A stretch of DNA of 64,000 nt. Source: Tricharina praecox (lineage: Eukaryota). The DNA lies in the NCBI RefSeq assembly GCF_024521635.1, contig NW_026250417.1, positions 248,001 to 312,000 on the forward strand, given 5' to 3'. Shown here piece by piece: positions 38,997-51,482 of this stretch. The notes under the pieces were generated by a model. It did no database searches. It was given only the letters and a program-made list of their open reading frames with translations, and had not been told where the DNA came from. The stretch's first letter is position 1. The number at the start of each line of letters is the position of its first letter. The translations under genes and the position numbers were made by a program.

Positions 38997-40379
38997 TTCC
39001 GCTCGTTGATGCAAGGATATCTCACGCTGAGTAGGTTTGCAAGTGGGTATGTAGCAGGAGTATGGGCGGGTGTGATAACGATGCACGATTGCGGTAGCTT
39101 ATTGGGAGGTGGTTATTGGCAAGATGTGGCGGTGCGGTCTGTGGCTGTGGAGGCGCAGCTGAGCATTTGAGCGTGTCGGAGAATGGAGCTAAAGAGGCGG
39201 GGCTAGCCACACAAGCTCAAAACTGGACAGGGTACATGCGGGGCACTAAACGGTCCGTGCAGTGAGCAGAGCCTCTTTCGAGTGATTACTCATGCTCGTA
39301 ATCGCTCAGCGAAGTTGGTTGACTGTGTACCAGCAGGTACTTGGGTATTTTGTCGTATGTACCGCCTCACCAATATAAACTGCAAACATCTTTCGTTTTC
39401 GTTCCGGTCATTGCAGCCAGTTGCATTGTCCTTGCACGTGTATCTCTACCGACAATCACATGCGATTTACAGGCATCCACACGCGGTAAGTGACAGTCCC
39501 GGCACCAAATGTCGAGCAGTGAGTGCAGCTGTAAATATGTAAGGCCAAGAATCTCGGGGGAATTCAGGTCTGCGTGCCGGTGCCGCGAGTAGGTATCTTC
39601 AGGCATGCAGTCCGCGATATTGTGCCGGAGTGCGGGCGCACCGGGCGCCGGGAGGACAGGCGTACATGCATACAATTGGCGGTGTCAGGCCTGTCATCTT
39701 CGGCGTGGTTCATCGTCGGGTTCCGAGTGCACGGCAAGGCGGCGATGAGCAGTGGGCACAGCCACCTGTCCGCTCGCATACCTTGGGTACATACAGTCCG
39801 CTCACATACATTATCATAGGTACATACAATCCGCTCACATACATTAGGTATATACAGTCCGCTCACATACATTGGGCACATACAAACGACAGGAAAGGGG
39901 GTGGAAAGGCCATCGCTCCAAACCCAGAGGATCTTCATGCCTGTGGAGTTGAACCCTGGCGTTGCGGTCTGTGCTCTGGCCTGAAGAATCCAACCCACGC
40001 TACGTAACCACTCTAACCTCAGGCTGCTCCCTGGGTTGAGAAACTTTGTTTTTGTACCACATGCCGCCGCCCTTCAACCAGCAAGCATTTGGCATGTGTC
40101 CTCATACCACCCCCAGAGGGACCTTCAAGTGTCACTCCAACTCCCCCAGCTCATGAGCCCTCGTTTATACCTCCCCGTCTCCCCTCGTCTCCTCCTGCCT
40201 CTCCTTCTATTATCCCTCCATCGCTAAGTTTCAAAGCTACTCGCTTTGCCCCTCACTCCCCTCCCTCATCGCTGTCGTCCTCATCTGAGCGGCTGAACGG
40301 CTGAACTCTTCTTTGGCTATCGACCGTTATTTGCCAGAACTCTCAACGATTAGCCTGGCTTCGCCCGTAACGCGTCACG

Positions 40380-41904
40380 ATGGGCGACAACAGCGAGAAG
40401 ACGACGAAGCTCGATATACCCCCGACAGATGAGACAGTAGGCCTTGCAACAAGACCTGCCGGCTTCCACCCGGCGGGCAACGTTCGCTATGGAGGGTTTC
40501 GCCAGTATGTACGGGTATGCACTTGCGGCATCTGGTTCCTCACGTGTGTCTTGGTGTAAGTACCAACCCAGTGTTCCACTGTCCCACGGGAAACAGAAAG
40601 GAAGGCTACTGACTTCGGCCGTTCGTTCGACAATAGGATCATTGCCACCCAGTTTGTCGGTGCGCCGCTCTACTTCGTAAATCGACAACTATACTATGCC
40701 TGGATGGCACGGACAAAAATGCATTTCGGCGTTGTCGCGACCACCGTCACGCAGTGGTGGTCACCCACCGTGATCCGCGTTACCGGTGACAGATCCGTCC
40801 GGCACCAGATCAAGCGAGGGGCGGATGGTGAGCTGCAGTGTCAGTTCCCCGAGCGACTGGTACTGATCGCCAACCACCAAGTATTCCTGCCAGCTCGGCT
40901 GAGTCGTAGGAATGCAGATGCTAATCTCCAGTAGTTATATTCCGATTGGCTCTACCTCTGGTGGATAGCTTACACAGCCCGCATGCACGGGTTCATCTAC
41001 ATCATCCTCAAAGAATCGCTCAAATACCTTCCTCTGATCGGACTCGGAATGCAGTTTTACGGCTTCGTATTCATGGCGCGGAAGTGGGAGCAGGACAAGT
41101 CGCGGATTCAGCACCGGCTCTCGAAACTCTCCTCATCGCGGGATGACCCCATGTGGCTATTGATCTTCCCCGAGGGGACGAATGCGAGTATAAATGGCCG
41201 GACCACGAGCGCCAAATTTGCGGCAAAGCTGGGGATCCCCGATCTTAAACATCAGCTGTTGCCGCGATCCACCGGTCTGCGGTTTTGCTTGGAGCAGATG
41301 AATGAGACGGTTGATTGGGTGTATGATTGCACAGTTGCATATGAAGGAGTGCCGTATGTTCAACCGCTTTGACCGAATCCGGAAATGCACTGACTGGGAT
41401 CGCAGACGCGATGGGTTCGGTCAGGATTATTTCACACTATACGCGACATATTTTGAGGGCCGCCCTCCGAAGTCGGTGAATATGTACTGGCGTCGATTCG
41501 CGGTCAAGGACATTCCCGTCACCGACCCCGCTGCCTTCGAGATTTGGCTCCGGGAGCGTTGGATCGAAAAAGACAACCTTATTGATTTCTACATGGAAAA
41601 CGGACGATTCCCGGAAGACGAGGACACTACCGAGGAGACCAAAAACTTGAATGGAGCCTCTGGGCTCCGACAACGGATCATTGGCGGGCAAGAGCGCACT
41701 ATCAATACCACCGGCGGAACAAATGCAGATGGGAAATGGGACGGACCGGTCGAAACTGAGGTCAAAATTGGACGCTGGGGAGACGTTCTCGATATTTTCA
41801 CCGTGGCTATGTGGGTATCCCCGGTCGTTTACTCCCAAGCTTTGTTTTCTCTGTTTATGCGGTGGCTACTCTGGCTCGGCAAAATTCTGGGTATCTTGCG
41901 ATGA
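40380..41904 (+). CDS. Lysophospholipid acyltransferase (PlsC family, Cst26/Psi1-like)
   Basis: LIANHQ|LYSDW (NHxxxxD), YIILKESLKYLP, LLIFPEGT, LLPRSTG, YDCTVAY. Confidence 0.92.
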
Positions 41905-42338
41905 AGAATGCATCTTCTCTCTCAGAATCCGTGTGTATTTTGTGGTGCTAACGTGTTCTCCTTTGTCATCTCTGTAGTGCCATCGCTCTCATCATCAATG
42001 TGGCCCTCCAAATAACGAGTATTCTCAAGAAGATGGCCCACTAGGAGGCAATTTGGATATTTTCGTGTTATTTTCCTTTGATCTGGGTGAGATTCTCGAG
42101 TTTGAGGAGGGACTTTTCTTTCGCTATGCTTTCGGCGTTAAAAGAATGGCTACGGCGTTTTTTCTTTTTCTTTTCATCAGTGTGTTCATAATTTTCGTGC
42201 TGTGTAAAAACAGATATAAGAAGTCGAAGTTTCCCAAAGCTCCAATCACGTGCAACCCATCATTGGCGCCCAACCTTGAACCCACCTCACAGCCACAGCT
42301 CCTACCACGACGCATCCACCACCACCAACAAAACAACA

Positions 42339-42752
42339 ATGGACCCCACCACACCCCCCGCCGACGCCGCCGCGCCCTCCAGCGACCCCTCCACCTTCCT
42401 CAGCTCGATCATTGGCGGCCCCATCGTCGTCAAACTTAACAGCGGCGTAGAATACCGCGGTAGGTTTTCCCCATCCCCCCACTTTTCTAGAGGAAGGAAG
42501 GAAGGAAGCTGACGTGTGTAACACGGACAGGTGAGCTCAGCAGCGTCGATGGATACATGAACATTGCCCTCGAGCACACCGAGGAGTTTGTTGCCGGCGG
42601 TAGACTGAGGAATCGCTATGGCGACGTGTTCATCCGGGGAAACAACGGTGGGTTTTCTCTCTCTCTCTCTCTCTCTTCTACTGGAGTGGGCGTGACGGGA
42701 CGAGACGGGGACTGATGATGAGGGGACAGTGCTTTACATTTCGCAGGGTTAG
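42339..42752 (+). CDS. LSM6: U6 snRNA-associated Sm-like protein LSm6
   Basis: DPSTFLSSIIGGPIVVKLNSGVEYRG|ELSSVDGYMNIALE...YGDVFIRGNN|VLYISQG*. Confidence 0.95.
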
Positions 42753-43042
42753 ACGAATGTGGGATGAGGGACGAGGGACGGAGGACAGGGGGCTAGGCAG
42801 GCAGGCAATGGCATTTTCTTCAGCTGGCTCACGAGCCGAGTGGGGCTGGCTCGTATCGATCACAATCGTAACTTACATTTACATATCCACCTCCACCGCC
42901 GTCGCGAAAGAAATCCCGATCCCCGCGCTGCTGCCGCGCATGCCCCGACTACATACCAAATGTGAATACAAGGTGCAAATAGCCCACAACTCCATCTAGG
43001 GAAACGAATAGAACACCGACTACAAAGTCTCATCAGATTGCA

Positions 43043-44763
43043 CTACTTCCGCCCCAGCCTCAACAGACCCTTGATTTTCTTTTCAATATCGCTTTTGGCA
43101 CTTCTAGGGCCAGCTTCTTCCTTCCGTTTTCCCTTTGCATTCTCGGATTCCTCCTCGGTCGCGACGTAGTCTGACTCCTTGGGCGGCGAGGGCTTGGGCA
43201 ATTCCTTCGAGGCTTTTACGAGCTCGTCGTTTAACGCCGGAGAGTTCTTGGCTTTGTCGCTGGCTTCTTTGCTCCAGGCTAGGTGTAGTGATGCGCCGGA
43301 GCGCACCTTGAGGTCTAGCGTAAGGCGGCGCGCGTCATCCTTGATGATGTCGCGGGGGGGAATCACTGGACAGTGTTAGATGATTCTTGCGTGTAGGCGT
43401 GTGATGCGGGAGAGCTTACAGAGGACAAAGGGCTCGTTGGGGTGGCGTAGAGTGGTGCGGATGAGATTGTAAAGATCTCGGGCTAATGAGACGGTCAGCC
43501 TTGTTTTACGAGTAATGTTATGCGCGGAATTCGAGATCCTACCTGTGCATTTGCCGTCAAGCTCCTGCTGCGAGATGTAGCCATCAGGGAATCTGACTTT
43601 GATCTTCAACTGTTCTCAAAGTCAGCTGCACCCACGGATGAAGAAGGAGGAAGACCTACAGCCTGGATCTTCTCCATCTCTTGCCGTTTGATCACCTCCT
43701 TCTCCGCGAGCTCTTTGTCAGAAAGCAGCCTCTGAGGCTGGGAGGCGATATGGTAGTTCTCCTTGATCCGCTTCAACTCCGCAATTCCGATATCGTATGC
43801 CGCGTCGGGTACTTGAAAAGCTGCCGCCGCAGGGGTTGTCGACGATGACGGCTGGAACACTGCGATCTTCGGCTCCACCGGTCCAGCAGGTTCTTGAGCA
43901 ACAGAAGGTTCGGGTGACATATCATTGCTCTCAACTGGTTCCGTAGAGACAGATGGCAGGTCCAGGGCGGTGTCCGCAGTCTCGGGGGTGTCAGAAGCCT
44001 CCGGCATAAGCAGATCCTCATCGTTCGCCGCATCGACCGCCGGCCCGGCCCCCTCTGTAGCTGGCACTTTTGGGCTCTCCGTGGTCTCCGCCGAGCCCAG
44101 ATCCTTCGTAACCCCCGCAATCTCCATCAACGCATCCTCGTACGGCGTCTCGGTCGGTAAAAACCTGAGCACCAACAGCTCCCGTCCACTGCATCCCAGC
44201 TCCTCCAACGTCTGCTTGAGCTCGCCAAACTTGGCCAACTCCCTATTTGCAACCCTCACAGCCGGCATCTGATACAGCAGCCTCCCCGAGCCCGCATCGG
44301 CCGAAGGTGCACACCGCTCCGTGATGTTGACCTTACTACTTCCCGCCGTCCTCGCATCCGCCTCGAGCTTCCTTAGGATTTCCCAGATACTTGTCGCCGC
44401 CGGGAACGTTCCCGATAGCTGCTCGACCGGATCGACGGTTCTTAGAACGATGCTGACGGGCTTCGCAACGGCCGACGCAGAAACTTGTACCAACTCCAGC
44501 TTTGTACCCGGGACGAAGTTGGTGAGGCGAACGGGGAGTGAGAGATCTAGCTTTGCTCCGCCTCGCCTGCTTCCGTCAGCTGCTTCATCCTCACTCAGCG
44601 AAAGAAAAGAAAAAAAGCATATTTACTACTTTAGAATAAAGCCGGAGGGCGTCGACAGCCCGAATTTGGCGCAGGCTTCGGCGCGGATCTCGCTAAGTGG
44701 CTTTCCCGGAGTCGTTTTTATGGTTACGGCGCGCTGATTCCATCTTACGACGACGTTGGACAT
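43043..44763 (-). CDS. UBX4: UBX-domain protein, TUG/ASPSCR1 (Ubx4-like)
   Basis: N-terminal TUG-UBL (IKTTPGKPLSEIRAEACAKFGL, LDLSLPVRLTNFVPGTKLEL); C-terminal UBX (KVRFPDG...LYNLIR...PFVL). Confidence 0.85.
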
Positions 44764-46162
44764 GGCTGCGGTACTGGCTGAATAGGGATGTGTCGGTAAG
44801 GTGGTGTGGACGTGGGTTGGCGATGGAGCTTGGAGCTTGCTGAGTACTGTTCGAGTGGGTAGCCTTGGTGGGGCTTGGTGTGGGGGGAAGCCGCTCCATG
44901 TGGCTGTCGCCTAGTGTAACTGCCAAGTTCATTTTCTGTACTGGACAGGGGAGCTCACTCGCAAACACCTAAAAAATGCGAGTATCGAAACACACCATTA
45001 CTGCCTACTCAAGTGAGCAAGTCCACGTTTCCGTACATAAGTGCTTACTTGCTGAGTTGTTTGTGTAGCGAGTTTATACGAGAATACCCAGGTGGGTAGC
45101 AATCCTGTACATTGACAAGTTTTGGAGCTGTGATCAGCTTACAACGCCCGAATTGATACCCAATTGTAGTATAATTGATAAAAGTAAACCAACAAAAACT
45201 CCCTAAGTACTTGCTTTAAACACCAGCAAATAAACTTATCCTAGGTGTTTCCGGACATTATGGTTGCCGTGGGAAGTCGTGGTTCCGGTAGGCGGTAGTC
45301 CCGAGACCTATGGCTCGACCGATCACGACTATCTGAGAGGGTGGGGCGGGATTGTATACCGAGCTCTACGTGCCTCCTACATCAGCTTCCAGAGAGAAAA
45401 TGACACCACAGGACTTGACGGCGTTATGGACCAACGGGAGCGAAAGGGTCGGACGCACGTCGGTCCCGTCATCAGAGTACGGACGAGCAAAACGACCCTC
45501 TCCTACGGACTAAAGCATGAGGAATAGGCGGAGAAGGGGTCATTGTATTGATGGGTGAATTTAGATGCTTGGTTGCATACGAGAGGGCCAGGCCGTTCGA
45601 GATGAGGTGCATGCATCATGGGGCTGAAGTCACTGCTCATCTCGTAAAGTAGGGTGTATGTAGAGTAGACTGACGAACGTTCGACAGCTTAGGGTTGAAG
45701 GATGGCAGTGTTTGTGCTCTAGACACGTAGTCTAATTCAAGTTTGCCGCGCTGGGTACTCAGGAACGATGACTGGCGGTCGAGAGATCACTGCTCTGATG
45801 AATCCCGGAGGATGAGAGGGCTGCAAAAGGCTCAAGTGAAGTTCTTCATCACCACGATCGAGATGGTATTGCCGTTCGGATTCGTCGGGTTGGGCTCACA
45901 GCGTGTGTGTGGGGTCTCAGCATCAGACACCACCCATCGCGATACGAACGCTTGAAAAACTTGAGCTTCGCTGTCTCTGCCCCGTTGGCGCGTGCGGAAA
46001 GACTAGAGTACATACTCTAGATGACCTGAGCGAGAACTTCATCCGTCTTCAGAGCAAAAGGAAGTCCCCATCGATGTAACGTGTCTTCTTCGACGTCTCA
46101 GCCTCCTGTGGAGAGCCCAGCACCATCAACGAAAACGCCTTCATCAAAAAGGAGGAATAAAT

Positions 46163-46288
46163 CAAAAATTGCGACGCCGAAAGGCCCGAAGACCTTTCGC
46201 GGAGACACGCTACCCTCGCTGTGCAATGGGGGTGTTGCCTCCGGAGCTCGCTGATTGTTGAGCCAGCAAGTCGCATCAAGGTAAGTAT
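46163..46288 (-). ncRNA. U1: U1 snRNA-like copy 8 (solo, subtype A)
   Basis: All U1 motifs; its own upstream TATATAAA and a different upstream sequence; family 3' tail extends to ~46050. Confidence 0.85.
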
Positions 46289-46630
46289 GAAGGAGAAAAG
46301 AAGAAGAGAGTAAGAGACGGGAGGAAGGCACTGTTTATATAGGTGGAAGTCTTGGCACTATACCGGATCGGAGCTAGCGTCATGTCACCAGCAGTCACCC
46401 GCCCTTAGAATTCGAGAGCTAGCGCTCCCAGCCATAAATACTACCAATTTCACGTACAGCTTTAGAATTCATGAATCACCGTAGCAAGCACGCTCTTCTC
46501 AGAGTAAAATTGATTCCCATACATTTATGTAATATTACCGCCGTTTAAAGGAAATCAAGGCATCTCGCCTAAGTATCATGCACACATACCGGTAATCTGG
46601 TTCTCCATAGAGACTCCATGTGTCCTTTCT

Positions 46631-47696
46631 CTACCGCCTATCGCGATACTCCACATCCTTATGTCTCCTGTCTACACGTGCACGGTCTCTCGACTTTGAC
46701 CGTGACCTGCGCCGTCTGTTGTCATCGCGTCGGCGGTCCCGATGATCGTTACCGCCCCGTCCTCTGTCTCCGCCCTCGTCCATCCTGCGGTTTCTATCAT
46801 CTCTTCTCTCACCCGCCCCTTCTTCCCTATCCCTATCCCTTCGGCCTCCTCGAGCTGGAGGCGCACCTCCTCGCTCCCGATCCAATCCCTTCATAACTCT
46901 CTCAGCCGCGCTCTCGGCTATTCTCTCCCTTGGTTGTGCTTGTACCTGTGGGGCGTGCACTGAACCAACAAACTCCACTTTATCCCTTCCAGACTCCAGC
47001 TGCACCTTCTCCCTCGCCTCGCCAATCATGGCCTGGTTATATGCCAATGCCTCGACAAAAGCGTCCTTAGGGAACTTTGTTGGATCCCACAGATCAGACG
47101 ATAGATTGGTTGCGTATTGATCCTTTCCGGCAAAGCCTACAAACTCGGTCAACTTCTCCAAAAGATTCGGATTTCGCAATGACGACGAGCGAAGTAGCTT
47201 CTCGTTGAAATGCACGCCTTTCGTCTTGAGGTCCCGGAAGTGTGCGAATTTGGCCGCGAGTGGTGCCGGTGGCGACCCTGGTGGTGATGGGGGAATGGTG
47301 GGGATAGAGGGAGGCAGCGTGAGCGTGTGGATGAGGTTTCGCGAAGCCGTGTAAGGTGAAAGCGGTGGGCCTTGGTCTTCCTCGTCTTCGTCCTCGTCCG
47401 ACGGTGGTCGTTGCGGACCTACGATCGGGGCATCGTCTGTCGATGGTTGCTCATGTTCTGGCGACGCCTGAAAAGAACCGGGTGAATGACGACTGGAAGC
47501 GCCATCTATGGTCGTAGTTATTGGACCGGGGGAGAGGTTCTGTGACTACGAGTCCAGTATGTTAGTTGACAGCACGGCGGAACGGCTACGTAGGGTGCAC
47601 CTGTGGGGGAGTTGTTTGATAGGGCTGCTGTGGCACTGAAGCGGAAGTTGAAGGAGCTTCATCCTCGCTATCGCTACCATATTCGACGAGACCCAT
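46631..47696 (-). CDS. HCNGP/SAP30BP-like protein
   Basis: MGLVEYGSDSEDE, IPPSPPGSPP, KGVHFNEKLLRSSSLRNPNLLEKL...QYATNL..LWDP; one intron. Confidence 0.88.
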
Positions 47697-47903
47697 TGCG
47701 CGGTTGCTGAGTGCTAGTTACTGGTGTCGGGTTTGTCGTGTGCAACGGCGCGTCATCGCCGCGCTGGAGAGCTCCCGCAGTTGAGGTGATTTACCCTGTC
47801 GTGTTGCGGCTAAGCTTCGAGAGAACGTTCATGCATCACCCAGAGCATCAACAGTGCAACCAACACCTCTCCAATCCATCCTTCACATCACCATCCCATC
47901 AAA

Positions 47904-48876
47904 ATGTCGCTGTTTGCATCTCCATCGTATGCTCCTAGCGCTCACGCAGCTAGCGGTCCCCAGCAGCACGCCTTCAACCCGTTCGTTCCCCCCGCTTCCA
48001 CAGCAGGCAGCACTACGGCGGAGCTCTACTGACCACCCTCTAGCTACACCAATAACGGCGGTTCGATAATCGGCATCGCGGGAGATGATTTCCTCGTCAT
48101 GGCTGGCGATACGCGACACACCTCCGGCTACAGCATCAACTCGCGGACGGAAAAGAAGGTGTTCAGGCTCGGCGAAGACTCCAACTTGGTGCTTGCTACT
48201 GTGGGCTTCGGAGCGGACGCAAAGAACATCGCCGAGACGATGACGAGAGCTGTCGATGTTAGCCTTCAACCACCGCCGCAGTCAGACGGAAGCTGTTATG
48301 GGATATGTGCTGATACGCAGAGGCAACAGGACTTCAGATTCCAGCACAACCTGCGGAACATGTCGGTTACGGCGGCGGCGCAATTCCTTTTCACCGTCCT
48401 CTACGGCAACCGCTTCTTCCCAAAGTACGCCCACTGCATTCTCGGAGGTCTCGACAAGGATGGCAAGGCGAAGCTATATTCCTACGACCCTGTTGGATCG
48501 TATTCCAAGGAAGGAGAGAGGCGCGCTGCGGCGGGCGCGGCCAGTTCGTTGATCGTGCCGTTCTTGGATAATCAGGTAATGCCTCACTCGTGACTGGTCA
48601 TCGCGGCAATGAGGGGATTATTACCCTCATGGCCTGATTCCGGTTGACGCTAACAACCCGGTTCAGGTCGAGTTCAAGAACCAGTACGTGCCGGGCACTG
48701 CCTTCACCCAAGAGAGGCCGGTGGAGTATCTCTCAAGGGAGAAAGTCAAGATGTTGGTCAAGGATGCGTTTACGAGTGCTACGGAGAGACACATCGAGGT
48801 CGGAGATGGCCTGCAGCTGGTCACCATCTCAAAGGATGGCTACCACGAGGAAGTCTTTGATTTGAAGCGTGATTAG
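47904..48876 (+). CDS. PRE7: 20S proteasome subunit beta-6 (PSMB1)
   Basis: FNP|YTNNGGS..IAGDDF..AGDTR, LYGNRFFP, YSYDPVGSY, PFLDNQ|VEFKNQ, DAFTSATERHIEVGDGL...LKRD. Confidence 0.97.
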
Positions 48877-49553
48877 ACCAAGGTTAATCTAGATGACCTC
48901 AATGAAGTGCCTTTGATGAAGCCTGAACAGGCATGCAGTAAGATTTTGGCAGCCTGAAGATAGAACGTATCACTCAAAACTCATCCATCGTGGTCACTCA
49001 CCATGCATATCGCTGGTGGGTTTCGCCGTTGTGTCTCATGCGCGACTGGCGCCGCTCTAGATCGTCCGCGCTAGTAGCCCTGTAGATTCCCAGGCGGCCT
49101 TGCCTACTGCCCATAAGCACTTCATCAATCAGTCACGTAGATACATGAATACATTTGTGGGTAAGCCCGTGGACACACATACAGTACTCACTTCATGTAA
49201 AGTGCGCGAGCAGAAGGGATAGTTCTGAGCAAGAACAAAAGCCCACGCAAACTTATATGGTGTGCTTAACCGCCAGAAAATCCCCGAAATGGAGGAGGAG
49301 GAGGAGGAGACATCCATCCTACAATAGTACCTGACTACATCTGGCACAGAGCTGTGAGAGTGATCCTACTCCTGGAGCAGGTCGATAACTATAGCTGCCC
49401 ACAACAGCAGCAGCAGCAACAACACCATCCCATCCCACCCCCCCACCGCCCGCCATCTTCCCCAAGAATTTCCTTCGAAGCCTCGACTTCCCAAAGGAGT
49501 ATCCAAGTATCGACGCAGATCCCCAACTCCCCATCGTTTCCGTGGCGAGCAAT

Positions 49554-49680
49554 CAAAAATTGTAACGCCGAAACATCCAAAGAGATTTCGCAGAGACACG
49601 CGACCCTCGCTGTGCAATGAGGGGGTGTCTCTGGAGCTCTGCTGCTGTTTGAGCCAGCAAAATCACGTCAAGGTAAGTAT
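49554..49680 (-). ncRNA. U1: U1 snRNA-like copy 9 (subtype A, truncated just after the Sm site)
   Basis: 5' arm, AUUGCAC loop, Sm site; half of the spacer present upstream. Confidence 0.75.
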
Positions 49681-50069
49681 GAAGAAGAAAAGGAAACTGG
49701 GTGGGGGGAAGGGGCGTTTTATAGGTGTTCTGGCTGGAGGGCTTGGCGGCACAACGTGTCACTCGGTCAAGACGGAGGGGGCACTAGCGGGTAGTGCTTG
49801 AAAGACAGCTTTTGCAGCAGGCAGCGGCACAGCAACGGGCCATGGTGGTAGAGCTTTCTCTCGACCTGCGAAGCTGGCAGGAAGGTCGGGAAGTTGGTGG
49901 TCGCCATGGTCTAGTAAGACAGCAATATTGCCATGATCTGTCTTTGGAGCAAGAGGGAACACCCATTCCCCCTCTATGTAGCGTGTTTTCCTCGACGTCT
50001 CAGCCTCCTGTGGAAAGCCCAGCAGCATCAACGAAAACGCATTCACCAATTCAAAGCGGAGGAAGAAAT

Positions 50070-50196
50070 CAAAAATTGCGACGCCGAAACATCCGAAGAC
50101 ATTTCGCAGAGACACTCAACCCTCGCTGTGCAATGAGGGGGTGTCTCTGGAGCTTTGCTGATTGTTGAGCCAGCAAAGTCGCATCAAGGTAAGTAT
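50070..50196 (-). ncRNA. U1: U1 snRNA-like copy 10 (subtype A)
   Basis: All motifs; clean stems I-III; TATAAAA upstream. Confidence 0.88.
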
Positions 50197-50385
50197 GAAG
50201 AAGAAAAGAAAATTTAGTGGGGGGAAGGGACGTTTTATAGGAGTTCTAGGGGGTCGATTTCGCCGACGGAAAGTAGCTACATAGCTAGGGTTTTTGACCG
50301 AGTGACACGCAGTGTCGCCAAGCTAGCCAGCAGCTAACGCCTATAAAACCCCCCTTCCCCCCACCCACCTTTCCTTTTCTTCTTC

Positions 50386-50511
50386 ATACTTACCTTGATG
50401 CGACTTTGCTGGCTCAATAATCAGCAAAGCTCCAGGGATAAGGTTCTCATTGCACAGCGAGAATCGAGTCCCTGCGAATGATCTTAGGGTCTTTCGGCAT
50501 CGCAATTTTTG
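50386..50511 (+). ncRNA. U1: U1 snRNA-like copy 11 (subtype B)
   Basis: ATACTTACCTTGATGC...CAGGGATAAGGTTCTCATTGCACAGCGAGAATCGAGTCCCTG...GCATCGCAATTTTTG; TATAAAA at 50342. Confidence 0.88.
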
Positions 50512-50641
50512 TTTGCTTCTGCGTTTTCCGTCGGTCACTTGGGCGCTCAGTGAGGCCGAGGTGGCGAAGGATGATGATAGGATCTACGGCGTGGTGTATG
50601 GGTTGTTCACACTGTGAGTAAACCCTAGACAGCGCAAGCAC

Positions 50642-51200
50642 ACCGCCCGGACGCTCGGTGCGGATGGTGTCATTACCTTTCAAGACCCAGACTCGGAAGC
50701 ATCTCTTCGGGTGCTGCCCCGAATGACTGAGCCGGTACAAGATCCTGTGGGCAGAGGTTCGGAAGGGGACAGGGAGGGCCGAGGCTCGCTTCAAGATCCG
50801 AGACCTCTTCGCAGACGCGCGGTGCAACCAGGTCATCCTAGATTTCCTCTCATCCAATGATGTGGGCAGACGGGTCTTAGAGGTCGGTGAGGAAGATGCT
50901 GCAAGTGAGGTGTCCGAGTGAGAGCTTAAGGAGATATGTGGAGATGAAGCGAGAAGAGGAGGAGGAGGGCACTGAGGTTGAGGAGTCGGTGTCACTCCCG
51001 CTGTTCCTCTTCACACCCTTCTTCGTGGCATCTCCTGATGAAAAGTCAGGGTGCGGCAAGGCGGGGTGAGGAGCGGGCTTTCGTTTCCTAGCTTTATTTC
51101 CTTCACATGCACCTATTTTTGGGAAAAGCCGGGGCGGAGAGCAGGGAAAGCCACATCGAACCGCTCAACGAAAGCTGGGTTGGACAGTGGGGTAGAAACG
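50642..51200 (+). mobile_element. 5'-truncated, degenerate LINE (Tad-like) ORF2 C-terminus plus 3'UTR
   Basis: Across a frameshift and a stop it reads DARCGWCHY.FKTQTRKHLFGCCPE*...ILWAEVRKGTGRAEARFKIRDLFADARCNQVILDFLSSNDVGRRV, the CCHC zinc-knuckle end typical of fungal LINE ORF2. Confidence 0.8.
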
Positions 51201-51358
51201 GGAGGTGTATGCCCGGGGCGGATATTGCCATGACCCAACTTCGGAGCACGAGGGAGTCCCCATCGATGTACGTAACATGTCTTCTTCGAAGTCTCGGCCT
51301 CCTGAGGAGAGCCCAGCACCATCAACGAAAACGCCTTCATCAAAAAGGAGGAAGAAGC

Positions 51359-51482
51359 CAAAAATTATGACGCCGAAAGACCCTAAGACCATTCGCAGAG
51401 ACTAGATTCTCGATGTCTAACGAGAACCTTATACCTGAAGCTTTGCTGCTCGTTGAGCCAGCAAAGTCGCATGCATATAGAT
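51359..51482 (-). pseudogene. U1: U1 snRNA-like copy 12, degenerate (subtype B)
   Basis: 5' arm replaced (ATCTATATGCATGCGAC); U1A loop mutated (GUUAGAC); Sm site kept. Confidence 0.72.

Noticed and set aside
42339-42752. Functional link between LSM6/THOC5/NXT1 and the U1 copies as an RNA-processing cluster
   Set aside because: These are ordinary single-copy housekeeping genes mixed with unrelated ones; proximity alone is not evidence
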